Assembly: GCA_044892505.1 (NCBI GenBank)
Contig: CM097884.1
Span: forward strand, 135,284,001 to 135,348,000
Origin: Schmidtea nova
Taxonomy: Eukaryota
Direction of reading: 5' to 3'
Length of the DNA stretch: 64,000 bases
Under the pieces are notes generated by a model. It had not been told where the DNA came from. It saw nothing but the letters and a program-made list of their open reading frames with translations, and made no database searches. This document shows positions 1-14,200 of this stretch, one piece after another; the first letter of the stretch is position 1, and every line of letters begins with the position of its first letter. The position numbers and the translations under genes are program-made.

Positions 1-532
1 TGTGCGATTACTAGGGTTAACAACCAACAAAGAACAATCAATAACTCAGAAATATTTAGATATCGTAGATGCATATATTTTAGACAATTTTGACATCATT
101 TTATCTGATAATCACATACTTTTTTCATTTATAGAACCATCAAAGTGAACAAGGTGCTCAAAAAAAAATTGCGTACAGAAACATCGAAAAACAGTGAGGC
201 TTGCAGGAAACGGCAACACTGGTGTTATGAACGCGCACCAGCATCCCAAACAATTAAAAATTTGGTGAATTACTAAAAAAGCAAATATGTATTTCTATCA
301 ATACCAACAGCAATAACATCCGTTTAATTTAAATAATGAAGGAGTTTGACTGAGCAAGCGTTAAAAATTACCTATGGGCGTATTAAGGTTAGGATTGGAT
401 GATTTGAATAATTTTCAATTTATGGGAAATATATATTAAACATTGAAAAAATTACTTTAAAAAGCAGTAATTTCAAAAATATTGTTATTATGGTTGGGAT
501 AATTACAGTAATTAATAAAATACTGTTATTAT

Positions 533-935
533 CAGGCGTGGCCAACCCGCGGCCCGTGGCATGATTATTATTCGCGGTAAACTTTTTTTACAGAATCTAT
601 AAAAAAAAATATATTACAAAATCTACCCAAATTATTACCCAAAGCATTGAGCGATCGCAAAGAAAAGCAAACATCTCATTAATAAATATTATACTTAAGT
701 GTAGTGAAATAATAAAAATAAATGGTTCAATAAAAATGTTCTTGAAACAATAAAAAAAATCTAGTGTAAATATAAAAATAGATGTTTTTCTTGGAATGGT
801 TCAAATAAATCTATGTACTGAAATAATTCAAACAAATATTTCAATAAAAATTGGGGTTTTCGTATATTATATAGCCCGCATAAAATTTTGGATAAAAAAG
901 TTGGCCCGCAGAGCGATTTGGGTTGGCCAGGCCTG
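533..935. mobile_element. hAT-type MITE (non-autonomous)
   Basis: TIRs CAGGCGTGGCCAACCC / GGGTTGGCCAGGCCTG (one mismatch); perfect 8-bp TSD GTTATTAT at 525-532 and 936-943; no ORF. Confidence 0.9.
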
Positions 936-1380
936 GTTATTATAATGAAAATAATTAGAGTAATAAATAAATACTTAATTAATATTATAAATATTTAAAT
1001 TATATATAAAGGTCAATAGAGGAGATAATTATAACTAAATGATCAGAAAAACCAAAAGCAAAAGCTTTTCTTTTTTCGACTAGACAGCTTATTTTAATAA
1101 TCTCAAATAAACCAACTTAAATATTGAATTAAGTGAGAAGTAACAAATCAACCACGGATCTCCATTTGTTGGAACTTTTATTAGCTATCGTTGAAGTCTC
1201 ATTAGCTTAATTTTATAATCTATCCAAATATTATTAACTTTAAAAAATAATACAGCAAATCTTCTAGGAAAAGCATTATCACCAGTGAGTATAATTTTTA
1301 TTTTAAGATAAATTTTAAATTGTAAATCATTTTTTATTATAAATTTTTAATTAAACACAATTTTGTTAAAAATAAACAAT

Positions 1381-1540
1381 ATTGGTGGGTTATTGGTCAA
1401 ACGCGAAATAATTACCGTGACTCCCTACCAATAACAATATAAACATTGATTAATCATATTGTTACCCAATGCAATGTAACGTTGGTACTGCAAAAAATGG
1501 GAAAAAATAAAGAATTGTGCGGAAACGGTAGAAACGTTAT
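1381..1540 (-). repeat. Degenerate fragment of an LTR 3'-terminal module (family related to the giant element)
   Basis: Similar to 7720-7870; the reverse complement resembles the last ~150 nt of the LTRs (CAACGTTAC...AACCCACCAA). Boundaries approximate. Confidence 0.45.
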
Positions 1541-1772
1541 CAGTGGAGATAGGATATGTAAATAATATTGACGAAAAATTGGCAATGGTAAAATTGGAAC
1601 TGAAAATGTCCATAAGGTTGAGGGTATGTATCCAGGATAGTACAAGAGAATTAATGGTCGAAGAAATGTTTAAAAACAAAAACAAATATAAACCAAAGTG
1701 GAAAAATAAATTTAGGAATCTGAAGGTTGGCCCCCAGAGATTAACAGGTCGGTTGATCCGCTAGAAGGGATC

Positions 1773-2280
1773 AAGGTGGGGGGAAATGTTTCAGCCAAAG
1801 TTTGTCTGAACAAACTTTGGCTGTTTAATTGCTGCGCATGTCGCCTTTTTATTTGCCTGCTCGCGTCTGTGTGCGCAGAGCTGTGTTTTTTGGTCTTTAT
1901 CGCGTCTGTGTGTGCGTTATGTTCAGGATTAAAATATCTGTCAGCGTCTGTGTGCGCATAGTTTTAGCTTTAGAGCTTTATTAAGTGAATTGATTTTATG
2001 GTATTTGATTTTTAGATTGTATTTTTAATTTGAGTTAATTGATTGCTTAGATTGGGATTTGTTTAAATATTCCAATTTCCTTTTTTCTGGGACTTGGTTT
2101 GAAATTTAGTTTCGATATTCTAGAATTGTTTATTCGTTGGAAATTATGATGGTTTAAATATTCCAATTTAGTTGAAGTTTTGGGTGAAATTTGGTTTCGG
2201 TTTCTATGTTGTTGTTCTGGAAATTTGGATTTAGTTTTTAACATTCGCAAAGGTGTCTGTGGATTTTTTGTAATTCAACA
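1773..2280 (+). repeat. Possible polypurine tract followed by the start of an unrelated LTR
   Basis: AAGGTGGGGGGAAA (1773-1786) directly followed by TGTTTCAGCC at 1787; internal repeat GCGTCTGTGTG x4; 3' end not identified. Confidence 0.35.
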
Positions 2281-4536
2281 ACAATGTCAAATATTCTATT
2301 TCCAATGTTAAAAGGATTATTAGCCATATGATTAAAAGTTTCAAGTTTTGTAAGATAAGATCCTTTGATTCTTCTTTAATATTAAACCAGTCATAAAAAA
2401 ATTCATAAAATTAAAATTGAAGTGGAATATTTTAAAATATTCACCGGATTACTTAATACCCGTTGACATCACTTTTTACTAATATATGTAACTCCTTTCC
2501 TTTCCCAAATCGCATCGGGTTAGTTATAGAAATAGGATTTGCACTAGTAAACGGAATTTTTCTACAAAGGTAAGTTTTGTCACTATTTTATTCATTTACT
2601 AAATTATCACAGTTCTCATCGATCGACAAGATTCGGAGATTTTTATATTAGAAGGAGATTTCTTTCACTCTCATGCGCATATAACTTCATCGCCTTTCTG
2701 AATGTTCAAAACAATTTATCGTGTCAGAATTATCAAATTTTATTCAGATATTCTTTAACAAAATGGAGTTATATCAAAGCAAAAACAGATTACTCTTTCC
2801 GAATTACCAACTTAAATAGATGGAATTATTGCCATATCATTATTTTCTCAGACTTGAACCTTTTTGCTAATTTTGTAAGTTTATTGTAACATAAAATTTT
2901 CTTAGTTAAATAAAAATGTCTTAAAGAATATACTTTTATTATTTTTGTCATTTAAGTAAAATTAAAAAAAATTATAAGACGGTTTAAGTTTTCAAAAATT
3001 CGGTTAATTCAATTTCATCACTCTGTAAATTGATAAACAATATCTTATTACGAAATTTAAATTAAATCCGTACAGTAGAGATATTCCATTTTTAAATTAC
3101 AATCTTTCGGGTTTTATAAAAATATCTATTAGATGGAAATAGGAAGAGTCGATAGTGCTCATACTCAAGATATTTTGTCGGCTAGCAACACTAATTTCCT
3201 AAAAGAATATGTATTTCTCTAGATCTTCAGGAATGATAGTGATGTTATAAAGAGAAAATTACACTGCATTCCGGTACATAGATGGAAGATATATGGAAAC
3301 AGTTGATCTAAATAATATTTTCTAAATTCCAACAAGATTCCCATATCCATGTTTATTTCACAAATGAAAAAATTAGGTATCAAATTTAACTCTTAATACA
3401 TAACATGACAAATGAAATGTATTCAGCGGAATGTGGATATTCAATTAATGAACATGTCAAAGTAGCTTTTTGATTGTAGATTCATAGTTATGGTTTGTAG
3501 ATTGTAATTTAAATGACTGTAATGTAGATTAGGTGTGAGTTTCGGATCAGGTTGAATTTTACATAGTATACTTGAGAGCTTTTGTTGATTAAATATCATT
3601 TATTTATCAAGATGTCAGATGTGAAACGATTTAGGAATGAAAATTTCAATTATACAACCTTGATGAACGGAGTGAACATCGACTGATGATTTGTGCTACT
3701 TCAGTTAGATATTCGATTTTTTAATATGATTATGTTCGACTAATGCTGATGACAGTATATAATAATTTTAAAATACAATATTAGAAATAAATTCATTAAA
3801 TTTGAAAATTCCTTGCTTTAATTTAATTAGGAACTTAGTTAATGTGATATTGAAGTATACCGTTGTCTAGTCTGACTGGTCTAATTCATGACTTACACGA
3901 AACACACGTCATGTGATTATTGATTTACAGTGTAAACCTCAATTGCGAACGTATGAAACACCTATATTCAGGGAGTAATTGAGCCGGCTAGCACCGGCTT
4001 GTGCGAGCCGGTTGTTAAAATTTTGGAAAATTGCCGAGTCGGTTGTTAAATTATTTCGCAAAAATCGTTTTACGGATTTTTGTGCCGTCCCTTCCCGATT
4101 TGTGTCTGATAAATCTTAATGAATTCAGTTTTATACCAAATTAAGTTTTATTGCATTGTTAAAATTAATGCACACTTGATTGTTGCCTTTATTTTTCGTT
4201 AGATATAAAAAAATTTATTGTCATTTACTGAAAAATAATAAATTTATTTTAAATAAAGTGTGAATAATATAAAATTTTTAGTTCTGTGCGGCACTTTCGT
4301 TTGTTTCGATGTTAGATCATTTTATGAAATACAATGGAATAAAACGTGTAATAGTTTATAATAAAACTGATTAATACTCAAACAATAATTTGTGAGTTGG
4401 TGCTGTGACTCTGTTTTATGAAAAATTTTATCAGAGTTTTTGTTCTAATGGGGCTTACGTTTATTTATCAAAATAGCGTCAACATATTTGCCAAATTTCG
4501 ACCCTTTCTGGAAGTATTTAATAAAAATAATTAACT

Positions 4537-6480
4537 ATGACAGAAATTATTTTTTTTCGTGGAAAAATGAAAAGGGCTCAACAAGGAAAATTATTGTCAT
4601 TTGTTAATTTAAAGAAAGCCAAAGTTGACGAAACTAATGTAACGTCAATGAGTTCCCCAGTTGAATGTCTAAACTCGATTGACACACCAAAATCCAACAC
4701 AGAAGTTCAAGGACAATTTGATCCAATATCCCCAGACACGGTAAACATTACTATTGACAGTCAGCTACAGGTTGCTGGAATGAGAGACAACTAAGGATAT
4801 TTACAGAGCAATATACTTAGCTAGTAGTAAAGATGGAAAATTGGATTGTCAAGAGTGTTCACAAACAAAGAACTTGGGAATAGAAACCGAAAAACATATG
4901 CATGTTTCAAAGGAATAGATGTCTGGGTTGATTGTTCCTAACGGATCGAAAATAGAATCTAGACAAGCTTCTCTTCGCAAAAAAATAAAAGAAAATTCCT
5001 TATCTCAAGCGCATATTAAAATTCAGGAGATTATAAATCAATGTAAAAAACAAGTTTTGCTCACTATCATTGACGTTGTTAATACAAAAGCAATTAATAC
5101 TACTATAAAAAAATTTCACTCGTTGATGCTATAAATGAAATAAAACACGTCAACCACTTTAAAATTATTTTGGACAAAGTGTATTCTACATATCGTCAAT
5201 CCAACAAAAACCAAAATGAATTGGAAACCGTTGCCAAAGAAATGAACATCGAAATGATTAGTATTGGTCGCGTATTAGGTCCTCGTTGGGCAGCCTGCAG
5301 CTTAACTTTCCCTTTATATTTGGGTCAAAATTGTCCCAGACCGAATTTAGATTAAAATAATTAAAAAACTTGTTGATAGATTGAGCTGATATTTGTTGAC
5401 TTTTTAAATGCACATTCAAATAGTAAAATAACGGTCTTTTTGAAAGTTGTTATCCATCCATCATCTTTTAATTGCTAATCTTTCTAAATTTTGATTGATA
5501 AATTTTTTTTTAAATAGTTTTTATCAAGAAAATGACCGAAAGAGATTCAGGGGATAAAGTTTTTGATGATTTTAAGGACTTTACGACTATCGAAGATGAA
5601 GAATCAGCAGAAATCGAACAAAAATTAGAAGAAAATGATGAAATTTTGTAAGGAACACTGCAGCCGAAAAGTGTTGTGCAATTCTTGCTCAGGTGCAACT
5701 CATGATGATGAAGATGATGATTGTGATTATGAATAGCCTTAAAATTGATGTAATTTGCTTAAATTGATAACCTTCTCATTAAATACACAATGTTTCATGT
5801 TTTTGAAAAATGTTTTTTGAAAAATGTTTTCTATTTGGGACATTTTTGACCCCAGATATTATATAAGCAATTTTTTATCTGATATAAATGAAGAGTTAGG
5901 ATTTGCTACTGCGGTGTGGCGAGCATATCCTGCGCTATACAAACATTTTTCCAACTCTGCATCATACACTGGAATGGCTAAAAAATTAGCTAATATAAAT
6001 GTTATCAAAGATTTAGCACTGATGATAGACATTTTAGAAGAAATTTCTATTCTTTCAAATGCCTTGCAATCACGAACAATTAATATATCGAGAGCCGACA
6101 AATTAATTAGACGTTCAATAAGAGCAATAGAAATGCGAAAAACTGATTTTGGAAAGCATGACATACAAGTTCCAAGTTTAACTATTTCAGATGATTTCAA
6201 ATGTGTACCGTTCGAAAACAATAATGAATTTAAATCCATTCCAAGAGAATAATTATTGGATAGTGTTGCACAGAATATGAAGCTTAGACTGTTATGTGCT
6301 ACTCATATAAAGTTGAATAATAAACTTATTGATAATAATTATGAGAGGTTTATATAAATTTTTGACATTTTAGAACCTTGCACATGGTCATTTGATGAAA
6401 TACTTTCACCTTGACTGAAAGGGGAAGAAAAAGTTACTAAATTAGGCGAAATTCTAAAATTTAACATTGATATCAACGAA
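4537..6480 (+). pseudogene. Decayed hAT-superfamily transposase (KIAA1586/ZNF862-like)
   Basis: Fragments MKRAQQGKLLSF..., [25 protein letters not shown]...[20 protein letters not shown] match the pattern of this transposase family; many stops and frameshifts. Confidence 0.65.
5302..5900. mobile_element. Non-autonomous insertion splitting the hAT transposase
   Basis: Separates RWAACSL from ATAVW; inverted repeats TGGGTCAAAATTGTCCCA (5321) and TGGGACATTTTTGACCCCA (5836); TSD not resolved. Confidence 0.4.
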
Positions 6481-6739
6481 GTCGTTTACAGCAGCATTAT
6501 TCACAATCTCAGAGTGTCCTTGTTTTTTGTTTAATGCTTACTTATAATTTTATCTATTTTTAATGTATTTTACTAATTTTATATTTATCAGGCATTATTA
6601 ACTCTTTCCATATTCGCCGGTGATTTATCTGGTAATCTATTATTTTTCATTGGTTTTATTGTTATTTCTCTTTTATTCCAGATACAATTAGTAAAAATAA
6701 TTAATACAAGTGTATTTATTAGATAACTGTGTTGCAAGA

Positions 6740-7081
6740 AAATTGTCTTGTTTTTCTTAGATGAATAGAAATGAGTGATGAGAAATGCATGAGTGAGACG
6801 GATAGAGAAAGCATACGAAAAATAAACTGAAAGGGACCGAAAGAAATCCACGGAGGTCTTCTATCGACAGTGGTGGACCCGTAGAGTTAATAGGGGAATA
6901 GTAGCCACCCAGGTTTCTCACCTGTCCTATTAATCTACACCGCTTAGTAAAGTTCCAACATGATATGCAATTAGGGGTAAATCATGGGTACCAGCTTGGG
7001 TAATGTTTTTATGTTGGTAGGATAGCCCTAATAATAATACCAAATAAAATCCCATAATTAAGATCAACCAACAAACCAACA
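6740..7081 (+). repeat. 3' fragment of a diverged LTR of the giant-element family
   Basis: GGGACCGAAAGAAATCCAC...CTTCTATCGACAGTGGTGGACCCGT...AACCAACAAACCAACA is collinear with 24180-24423; 5' boundary approximate. Confidence 0.7.
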
Positions 7082-7719
7082 TTTTGGATAATGATAAAAG
7101 TTTTCATTACACCGCCATAACTGATTTAAATCGCTTCTTAAATTACAGAAATACATCAATAACTTCTGTACGTATTTGTTGTCAATGGTGTCCTCGATGT
7201 GTTGATGATTTTCGAACAGATAATTGTTTTATTCGTCATTGTTAAGGCTGTTTTTTGTTATCGTTATTATTATTCTTATAATTATTATTTTGAATTTTGG
7301 AAAGTGTTTGGTCATCGTGCTCGTCGTTGGGGTACTTGTGAACACAGGACGACCCCCTTTTTCTTTTAGTTGGTGATAAAAGTTTATTTTTCTGTTTTAT
7401 AATTTAAATATTAGGATGTTAATGTAATTATAAAAATAGTAAATTGAATAGATAACTATAGAAATTGTTTAGGAAACAAAGAAAATTTAAATACCCAAGA
7501 AAAATTGACAAGAAAAAAATTTCGAAAATAAAAAATTAATTTAAAGATGAGAAATTTAGATTCGCATTTGTGAAATTAAAAGAATAACGAAGAAAATCGA
7601 TTAACGAAAAATTAACAACAATAAAAACTGCAAATCCTTAAACAGTAGAAACTATTGGAAAAGATTATCAAGTGACTATTAAATTTCGTTCGAAAATAAT
7701 ACTGTGTACCATTCATACG

Positions 7720-7940
7720 TGTGGTGGGTTGTTGACCGTCAATATAACCGTAACGTTGCTATGGCTCACATCAACAACTCAACACATAGAAAACATTAGA
7801 TTAACCATCTTGTTGCCCGTCACAATGTAACGTTGGAAATGCAACAAATGGGTGGGTATTCACAATCAGTGAGTCGAAATATTCGAAACTATGATTGACC
7901 GAATATCTCCTGGGTCCAAGGGCTACCGATAGAAGGTTTA
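7720..7940 (-). repeat. Minus-strand 3' fragment of a diverged LTR of the same family
   Basis: Reverse complement reads CCTTCTATCGGTAGCCCTTGGACCC...CAACGTTAC...AACCCACCACA, matching the LTR terminal module and ending in CA. Confidence 0.6.
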
Positions 7941-9937
7941 ATGCCCATTTTGTCCCTTCTTCATCGGTTTAACTACGGTTACTCATTTTAAATCAGCACA
8001 ATAAAATAATTACACCAATAAAAATTAATTAATTTGTCCCAATTAATCATTATACACGGTATTATCCTAAGACACAAGAATTTTCGCGCATTCATTTTGT
8101 TTGCAAGCTCATACTCAAACATATCTTCGCAACTCAACTCGGGGGATAAGATATTCCTTCAAAAAAATGCATATAGTCGATGATATTCAATAGTCATTAT
8201 TTTTATCTAAACGGTTATTATTTTCTGAATTTTTCTCAATTACTATGCTTTTAATATTCCTTATTCAAGCTAACTTTATTCATACCCTAATCCTATTGTC
8301 TATCTTGCTTTATAATTATATTAAAGATTTTATTAAAAATTTAACCTTTAGATTTTTAAAATTTTACGGAGTAACGGCTTTGATTCAGTAAAACTTTCCC
8401 CTTATAATTTAGTCATCAAATTTTAGTTTTTTAACATGATATAATAATTTAATTCTAGTTTAAAATTCCCTGTAAATTTAAAGTGAATTTGGTAAAAGAA
8501 ATTTAATGAAAATATTTAATGAAAAAAATTTAATTAACCGTGTTTAAAATAACAATAAATTTTTTGACTCTTACAAATATATAAATAATCACAACCTGAT
8601 CGGTTGTTTTATTTTGCAGTCACATTTTATGCTTTATACTATCAAATATCGATCGTATTTTTCGATTAAAATTCACAATGGATAACCGTGGTTTAACTTT
8701 TCACCCAGTAAATTTTGTAATTTAAATCATTTTATTTTTGATGACTTTATTTAGTGTTGGGCCCGCTAAGTGGTCTAAACCACCAAAATAACAATACAAT
8801 AAAACAAAAAATAAAAATAATAAATACAAAAAACATAGAAAAATCAGAATTAAAAATCTGAATAAAATAATAAAAAATAAGAAATAAATTAACAGCGGAG
8901 AAAATTCAAAATTTACATTAGAACAAGCAGCAAGGGGGCCTGAAACAGGAAAATAAAGAATTAAATCAAAATTAAAGTGCAATTAATTGATTAATTACTT
9001 TGAAAATCAGTACCACCCAGCGAGAAACCTGAACCGGAAATAAAATAATATTTACAATAGAATAAAATAATAGACAGGCTTTGATGGACGGCCTGATCCT
9101 GATTGGTCAATCTGACCAACCGGATCAGTATAAATACCGATCCGAAAATCACAAATTAGAGCATATTTTTGAGACTTAGACTTTGTGTCAAAGCATTAAA
9201 TTTTACGAGTACTTAGTTTAGAGAAAGCCTTAGTATAGATTCAGAACTTCTGTTTAATATAGAAACCTTATCAGCAACAGTTATTAATTTTCATCGGTAT
9301 GGAGCAGTAAATTTTGTTTTTATTTTTATTATCATATATGTACCCATGATATTGTTGTTCATATAAATTTTAATTTCATGTTATTTTAAATCTTAATGCT
9401 TATCATTTATAATTTTATATTTCATGTGCATAGATATGCTTCCTCGACTGCTCACGCGGCGAGGGAGCCAGAGTCGTCATCGTGGAGCTTAACGGGGATA
9501 GATGAATTTATTAATAAAAAGTCAATAAATTTAAGATATGACAATGCGTACGGTCAAAGTCCGTTTTTCGATTTTCTCGGTTACGACGAACAATATATCG
9601 TCAACTTAACCAAATTCAACTTCATCGGCAAATGACATTTGTAATTGACACACAAACCGATTCAGATCAAATTCCTGATCGCTCTAGACAGCGTCGGAAT
9701 TCAATTAAAAAATATTATTTTTAAGTTATCCTAATCGCTGTAAATAGCGCAGGAATTTACCTAACGATTTATTGTTTGGTATCTACCCTGGTCGCCGTAT
9801 ATAGTGCAGGGATAAGTAAATAAATTAAACATATAAAGCTATTCCGATCGTGGTACATCACGACGGAGATACTCATAAATTTTGTTTTAAATCACATTTA
9901 AAAGGTAAATTATAAATTATATTTTGACATAACACAG

Positions 9938-10417
9938 ATGTCTGAGGAACCAATAACCCGAATGATAGTAGATTGTAGACGGTCGTTGGAGGCATGGAAA
10001 TTGGAAAACAAGGCCGGGAAGCTAAAGGACTTACCCTCGCCAATCATACGAACAATAAACGCACTCATGTATCGATGGCTTCGAAACTTCGGAAGGAGGT
10101 GCCCATTTTTTATTTGGGCTGATGACAACGATTTCATTCTATATCGGGATGGCCCTGGATGGCCAGAGTCTAATCAAACCTACTCTCCGAAGTTCGGACG
10201 ACTATTAATTATTATAAGAGATGCCGACGGGAAACCCAGTCAAGTGATATATTGGGGGCACATTCCCCGAGACGAGCTTCATAAATTAGGACTCCACGCA
10301 TTTGTCCCACCACGATCATTCGGGAAGGAATGCACTACCACTCAACCCAATTTCTCACTAGCGAGGCTACGTCAAGCGGCTATAAATCAGGAGATTCACA
10401 TTTTATTCCGAGTGTAG
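9938..10417 (+). CDS. LTR ORF1 homolog, unknown function (159 aa)
   Basis: DLPSPIIRTINALMYRWLRNF vs DVPTSIIQQARRHLRLWIRRY; RDADGKPSQVI vs NDAGQPRWIL; ELHKLG vs EFFKLG. Confidence 0.6.
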   Translation: MSEEPITRMIVDCRRSLEAWKLENKAGKLKDLPSPIIRTINALMYRWLRNFGRRCPFFIWADDNDFILYRDGPGWPESNQTYSPKFGRLLIIIRDADGKPSQVIYWGHIPRDELHKLGLHAFVPPRSFGKECTTTQPNFSLARLRQAAINQEIHILFRV

Positions 10418-10571
10418 AGAATAAACATTTCTATTTAATCAAATTGTGTTAATAATAAAAGTTCCATCAAATCTGACTTAATTACCGGGGTTGAATTTTC
10501 ATGTTGAATTAAATAACTATTCTTAAATCATAAGTACAATAAAGAAATTTCACTTCATCACGCTTGTAAAA

Positions 10572-11228
10572 ATGAGTTCGGAGTCGCTACAACACCAAAA
10601 AGAAATAAATAAATTGTGGAGGATTCGACGAGCTCAGGACAAGGAATTAGCTCAAACGAAAGAACAACTGGTCAAAGCGGAGGCCCAGATAGCTTACCTG
10701 CACAAGAGTTGGTTTGCTCCTGCGCGGATGAAGGATCAAATCTGTAAAACCGAGCGGGCTCAGAGGACAGCGGAGGATTACAAAATGGAGTGGGAGGCAA
10801 CCAAGATTGAGTTGCGAAAATGCCTCCACTCAGTAACGGCCTCATACATCGAGCGGTAACTCAAAGCGCAAATCAGGCCGGTGACCTATTAGGGGTGGAT
10901 CACCGAGAAAAAATCAGCAATCTCAATCGGTACTGATGTCGAAGATCTAACTGAAACTACGGAAAAAGAATCTCAACCAGTTATTGTGAGTGCTCCCTCA
11001 ATCGGCGCGCACCAAAAACGCAAACGGATCGGCGAGAAGCGAACTAGACAGAGGAAACTCTTCGCCCAAAGACTACAAGATCAGGTCGACGAGTTAACTA
11101 AGTTATTGGAAGGAGAAATGCTGAACGAGATTTTTCCTCCAGAGGGGATTTTCAGCCATGTTGTAATAATAAATGAGACTATCATTCGTGCTGACATTTT
11201 TGTTATGTCTCAGTGTAAAAGTTACTAA
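10572..11228 (+). pseudogene. LTR ORF2 homolog with two in-frame stops
   Basis: Track ORFs 10572-10859 and 10986-11228 are in one frame; WFAPARMKDQI vs WFSPERVKSIL; basic KRKRIGEKRTRQRK vs RRNRLGAKKRRERR. Confidence 0.7.
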
Positions 11229-11809
11229 TCGATAAAATAAATAAAAAATAATCCTCGTAAATCACATAAGTTTTCGAGTCAAATAATTCATTCATAAGGA
11301 TATTAGTATTCATAAATAAATAAATAGAACACAGCATAGCTTTGCGAAAGTAAATAATGAACATTAGAAATTCTAACAGATGACATCATTCACGAATGAA
11401 GCGTAAGCCCTTCTAACGGCAGCAATGAACCCGTAAACATAAATGGGGAGTAGTTCTAGAGATAGAGCTCACCTGCCCATCATTGTTTAACCACCTTGCG
11501 CATCACCAACTTGGTTATCAAGGGAAATAATCAAGGGCGCTGAATGTGAATTTACGAATATTTATGTATGATCATGGATGGGGAATCCCTAGCCACCATT
11601 AGAATTTTTCATCTAACCGCTCCATGAACCCAGCATTAGTTAGGATTTGTATAGCACTATGGTGTTCAATGACGAGAGTAGACACATTGAGGTATTCATA
11701 GTCAACAAATATTATCGAACGGGTGATAATAAAAACCGGGTCAACACATATTAAGAGAAAGGAAATTAACCTTTCTGGTATAAGTGTCGGTCAATCAAAA
11801 ACAAACATC

Positions 11810-12000
11810 TATAATCTCTCAATAAACATTTTAATTATCTGTGTGATCATTCTTCCTATGAAACTATCTGTCTGTTACCATCTGTGTGATCATTATGAAA
11901 AATTTTATTATCTCTCAATAAACATTTCAATTATGTGTGATCATTCTCCCTATGAAACTATCCGTCTGTTACCATCTGTGTGATCATTATGCAAAATCTG
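11810..12000. repeat. Short tandem duplication (~95-bp unit, 2 copies)
   Basis: CTCTCAATAAACATTT...TGTGTGATCATTCT..CTATGAAACTATC.GTCTGTTACCATCTGTGTGATCATTATG occurs twice. Confidence 0.75.
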
Positions 12001-12920
12001 TCAATCAAAATCAAATCCTTCAATATCAAACATTTCGGACTATATATGTTGAAGTCTCAAATATTTGTATTTGAAATCCCAACTAGGGGTGGTGATTCTT
12101 CTATAAATAAATAAGACATTAAGGCTTCTGTTTACAAAACTTTATTAAAAAACAAAAATTTACCAATTATAAGTTTACAAAATTTTAATATCCTCAACGT
12201 TCCAAAATGTACAAATAGAATGCCTCTGTTCAATTCAAATTTTTTCAAATAAAAATTATTCATAACTCAAAAAGTTCTTTACAAAAATTTTTTTAATCAA
12301 CTGATTTTATTTTAGATGCTCTACAGGATTTGTTCCTGAGAGATCTAACACCGCTAATTTTAGTGAGAAATTTTATGGCAATTTGGCTAAATTTCCCTTG
12401 TCTTATATACTGATTATTTGACATTTATAAAAAATTGATTTATTTATTTAATATTCCCGAATCGTTTTTTAAAGAAAATTTTGACTTGATTTATTTATTT
12501 AACATTCCAAAGAGAAATAATAAATTGATTAAATATAATTTCTAATTTCTACACTAAAATAAAATAAGTTAAACATATTTACAGATTAATAATAAAAATA
12601 AATTAAACAATAATAAAAATTGATAAAATAAATCAAGCACATTCACTAAAAAAATAGTTCAAGATGTTCATCAATGAGAATTAGTCTATTCACAGTTCGA
12701 AATGTTTGATTTGATTCGGATTTACAGACAATGGAGTTGTGATTTGGGTTTGGTTGATGATGATGTTGATGATGACAGTAGCAATAATTATATTGAAGGT
12801 TTTTCTCTACAGGGTGATTGTACAGATATTTATTTATGAAAGATTTTTTGTTCAATAGAATATATTTTGACTGACGATTTGATTGAGACGGACAATTGAC
12901 GATTTGATTAATTCTTTGAT

Positions 12921-13640
12921 TTATCTATTTTCCAAAAAGATGTTAATTCGGTATTTATTATTGCCTGTTTGATAGTACTTATTAATGTTGAATACTTTAA
13001 TGGGTCTTCCCTCGTCATCCAACATACCTCCCAAGGCCGTCAAGGTAATGTCCTGATTACCTTTATCTGATATGACGAGTTCGATTTCCTTTCCTTTTAC
13101 TTGAATAATTGCTCTTCTCTGTCCTTTTTCGAATGCTAAATTTAAAACATCTTCCCCGAATTGCTTTCCAACGCAGTTACCAAGATACTTTTTAGTGGCC
13201 ATGGGTTCTTCTGGCATTATTTCGATCTCGGGTTCTGACTCCATATCTTTTACTGTTCCCCTGGTTTCTTGATAGCTTGTACTTGGTATAAGATCCATCT
13301 CCACTTCTTCTTCAAACGAAAAATATTCGTCTTCTGGATATAGGTCGCATTCTTCCATTTTCTCTTGTCGAATGATAGGTTCTCTGTTTATTTCCCTTAT
13401 TTCCATATTGGTTGGTTTTGTTTCACTAATGAAAATCAGGTCGCTATCACTATCTGTTGATTCTTCCATAGATGTTGGTAGTATTTCTTCCTCCTCTCCT
13501 TCTGATTCACTTTCACAGTTGCTATCGTTGTTAATTTGTTGCTTATTTTCTATGGCTGCTCGATTTCTTGGACCAATCTCTTCTTGGAATCTTCTTTGAT
13601 TCCATTTAATTACTTCTTTACACTGGATTTCTGTTATCAT
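12921..13640 (-). CDS. Acidic unknown protein (239 aa, possibly 5'-truncated) of a second repeat family
   Basis: Open 239-codon frame in very AT-rich DNA; C-terminus MLDDEGRPIKVFNINKYYQTGNNKYRINIF is homologous to the ORF ending at 15318. Confidence 0.55.
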   Translation of the reverse strand: MITEIQCKEVIKWNQRRFQEEIGPRNRAAIENKQQINNDSNCESESEGEEEEILPTSMEESTDSDSDLIFISETKPTNMEIREINREPIIRQEKMEECDLYPEDEYFSFEEEVEMDLIPSTSYQETRGTVKDMESEPEIEIMPEEPMATKKYLGNCVGKQFGEDVLNLAFEKGQRRAIIQVKGKEIELVISDKGNQDITLTALGGMLDDEGRPIKVFNINKYYQTGNNKYRINIFLENR

Positions 13641-13643
13641 ATA

Positions 13644-14200
13644 TGTTGAGGTTCCAAGAATCTCAACTTGATGAACTTATATAAATAAATAAGTCAAAGA
13701 CTGGTTCTTTTCTAAACTTTATTTAAATTATAACAATTTACAATTTTGATAAAAATTTAACAATTACCTCACAAAATATATGTATCAATTTCAACTTATA
13801 TTTTATATATGTATAGATGCGTGTGTGTGAATATTTGCAGCTTCCTGAGCTCGGATGTGTAAATAGGTATGCTCAAATTATGTTGTAATATCAATTTATT
13901 GAATTTACAACTCTTCTTTAAAGCTTTTGATTTTTGGGTGATTTGACTGAGAAAAACGTTTGCTTATATAGTTAAATTCTGTGGTGCTTAACTTCAAGTG
14001 ACAAGAGTTGTTTTCTGTCAATAATATTTGTTTTTAATAAACAATTTTTCTATTTATAATAGTGCACACAACAATTACTATTTTTAGAGTCATCTTTATT
14101 CCCAGCATCCATGAAGTTAAAATACTTTAATCTATATCGAGTTGATTACCTATACATCATTTATAACATTAATTTTCTAATAATTTGTTTCTATCTATCT
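13644..14200 (-). repeat. LTR-like 3' end of a second repeat family (similar ends at 12047; paralogous block ~53280-53530)
   Basis: Minus strand shows AATAAA, then CTTATTTATTTATA, then ...TCAACA, at both 13644 and 12047; 13915-14160 is visibly similar to 53290-53525; the other end is not proven. Confidence 0.4.

Larger units (their letters stand above)
8755..11635 (+). mobile_element. Solo LTR (2,881 bp), diverged member of the giant-element family
   Basis: TGTTGGGCCC...AACCCAGCA termini; 4-bp TSD TTAG (8751-8754, 11636-11639); ATTGG 9102 plus TATAAA 9129; homologs of both LTR ORFs. Confidence 0.85.

Noticed and set aside
12-35. Possible LTR end (AACCAACAAAGAACA) at the window start
   Set aside because: Too short and truncated by the window edge to test
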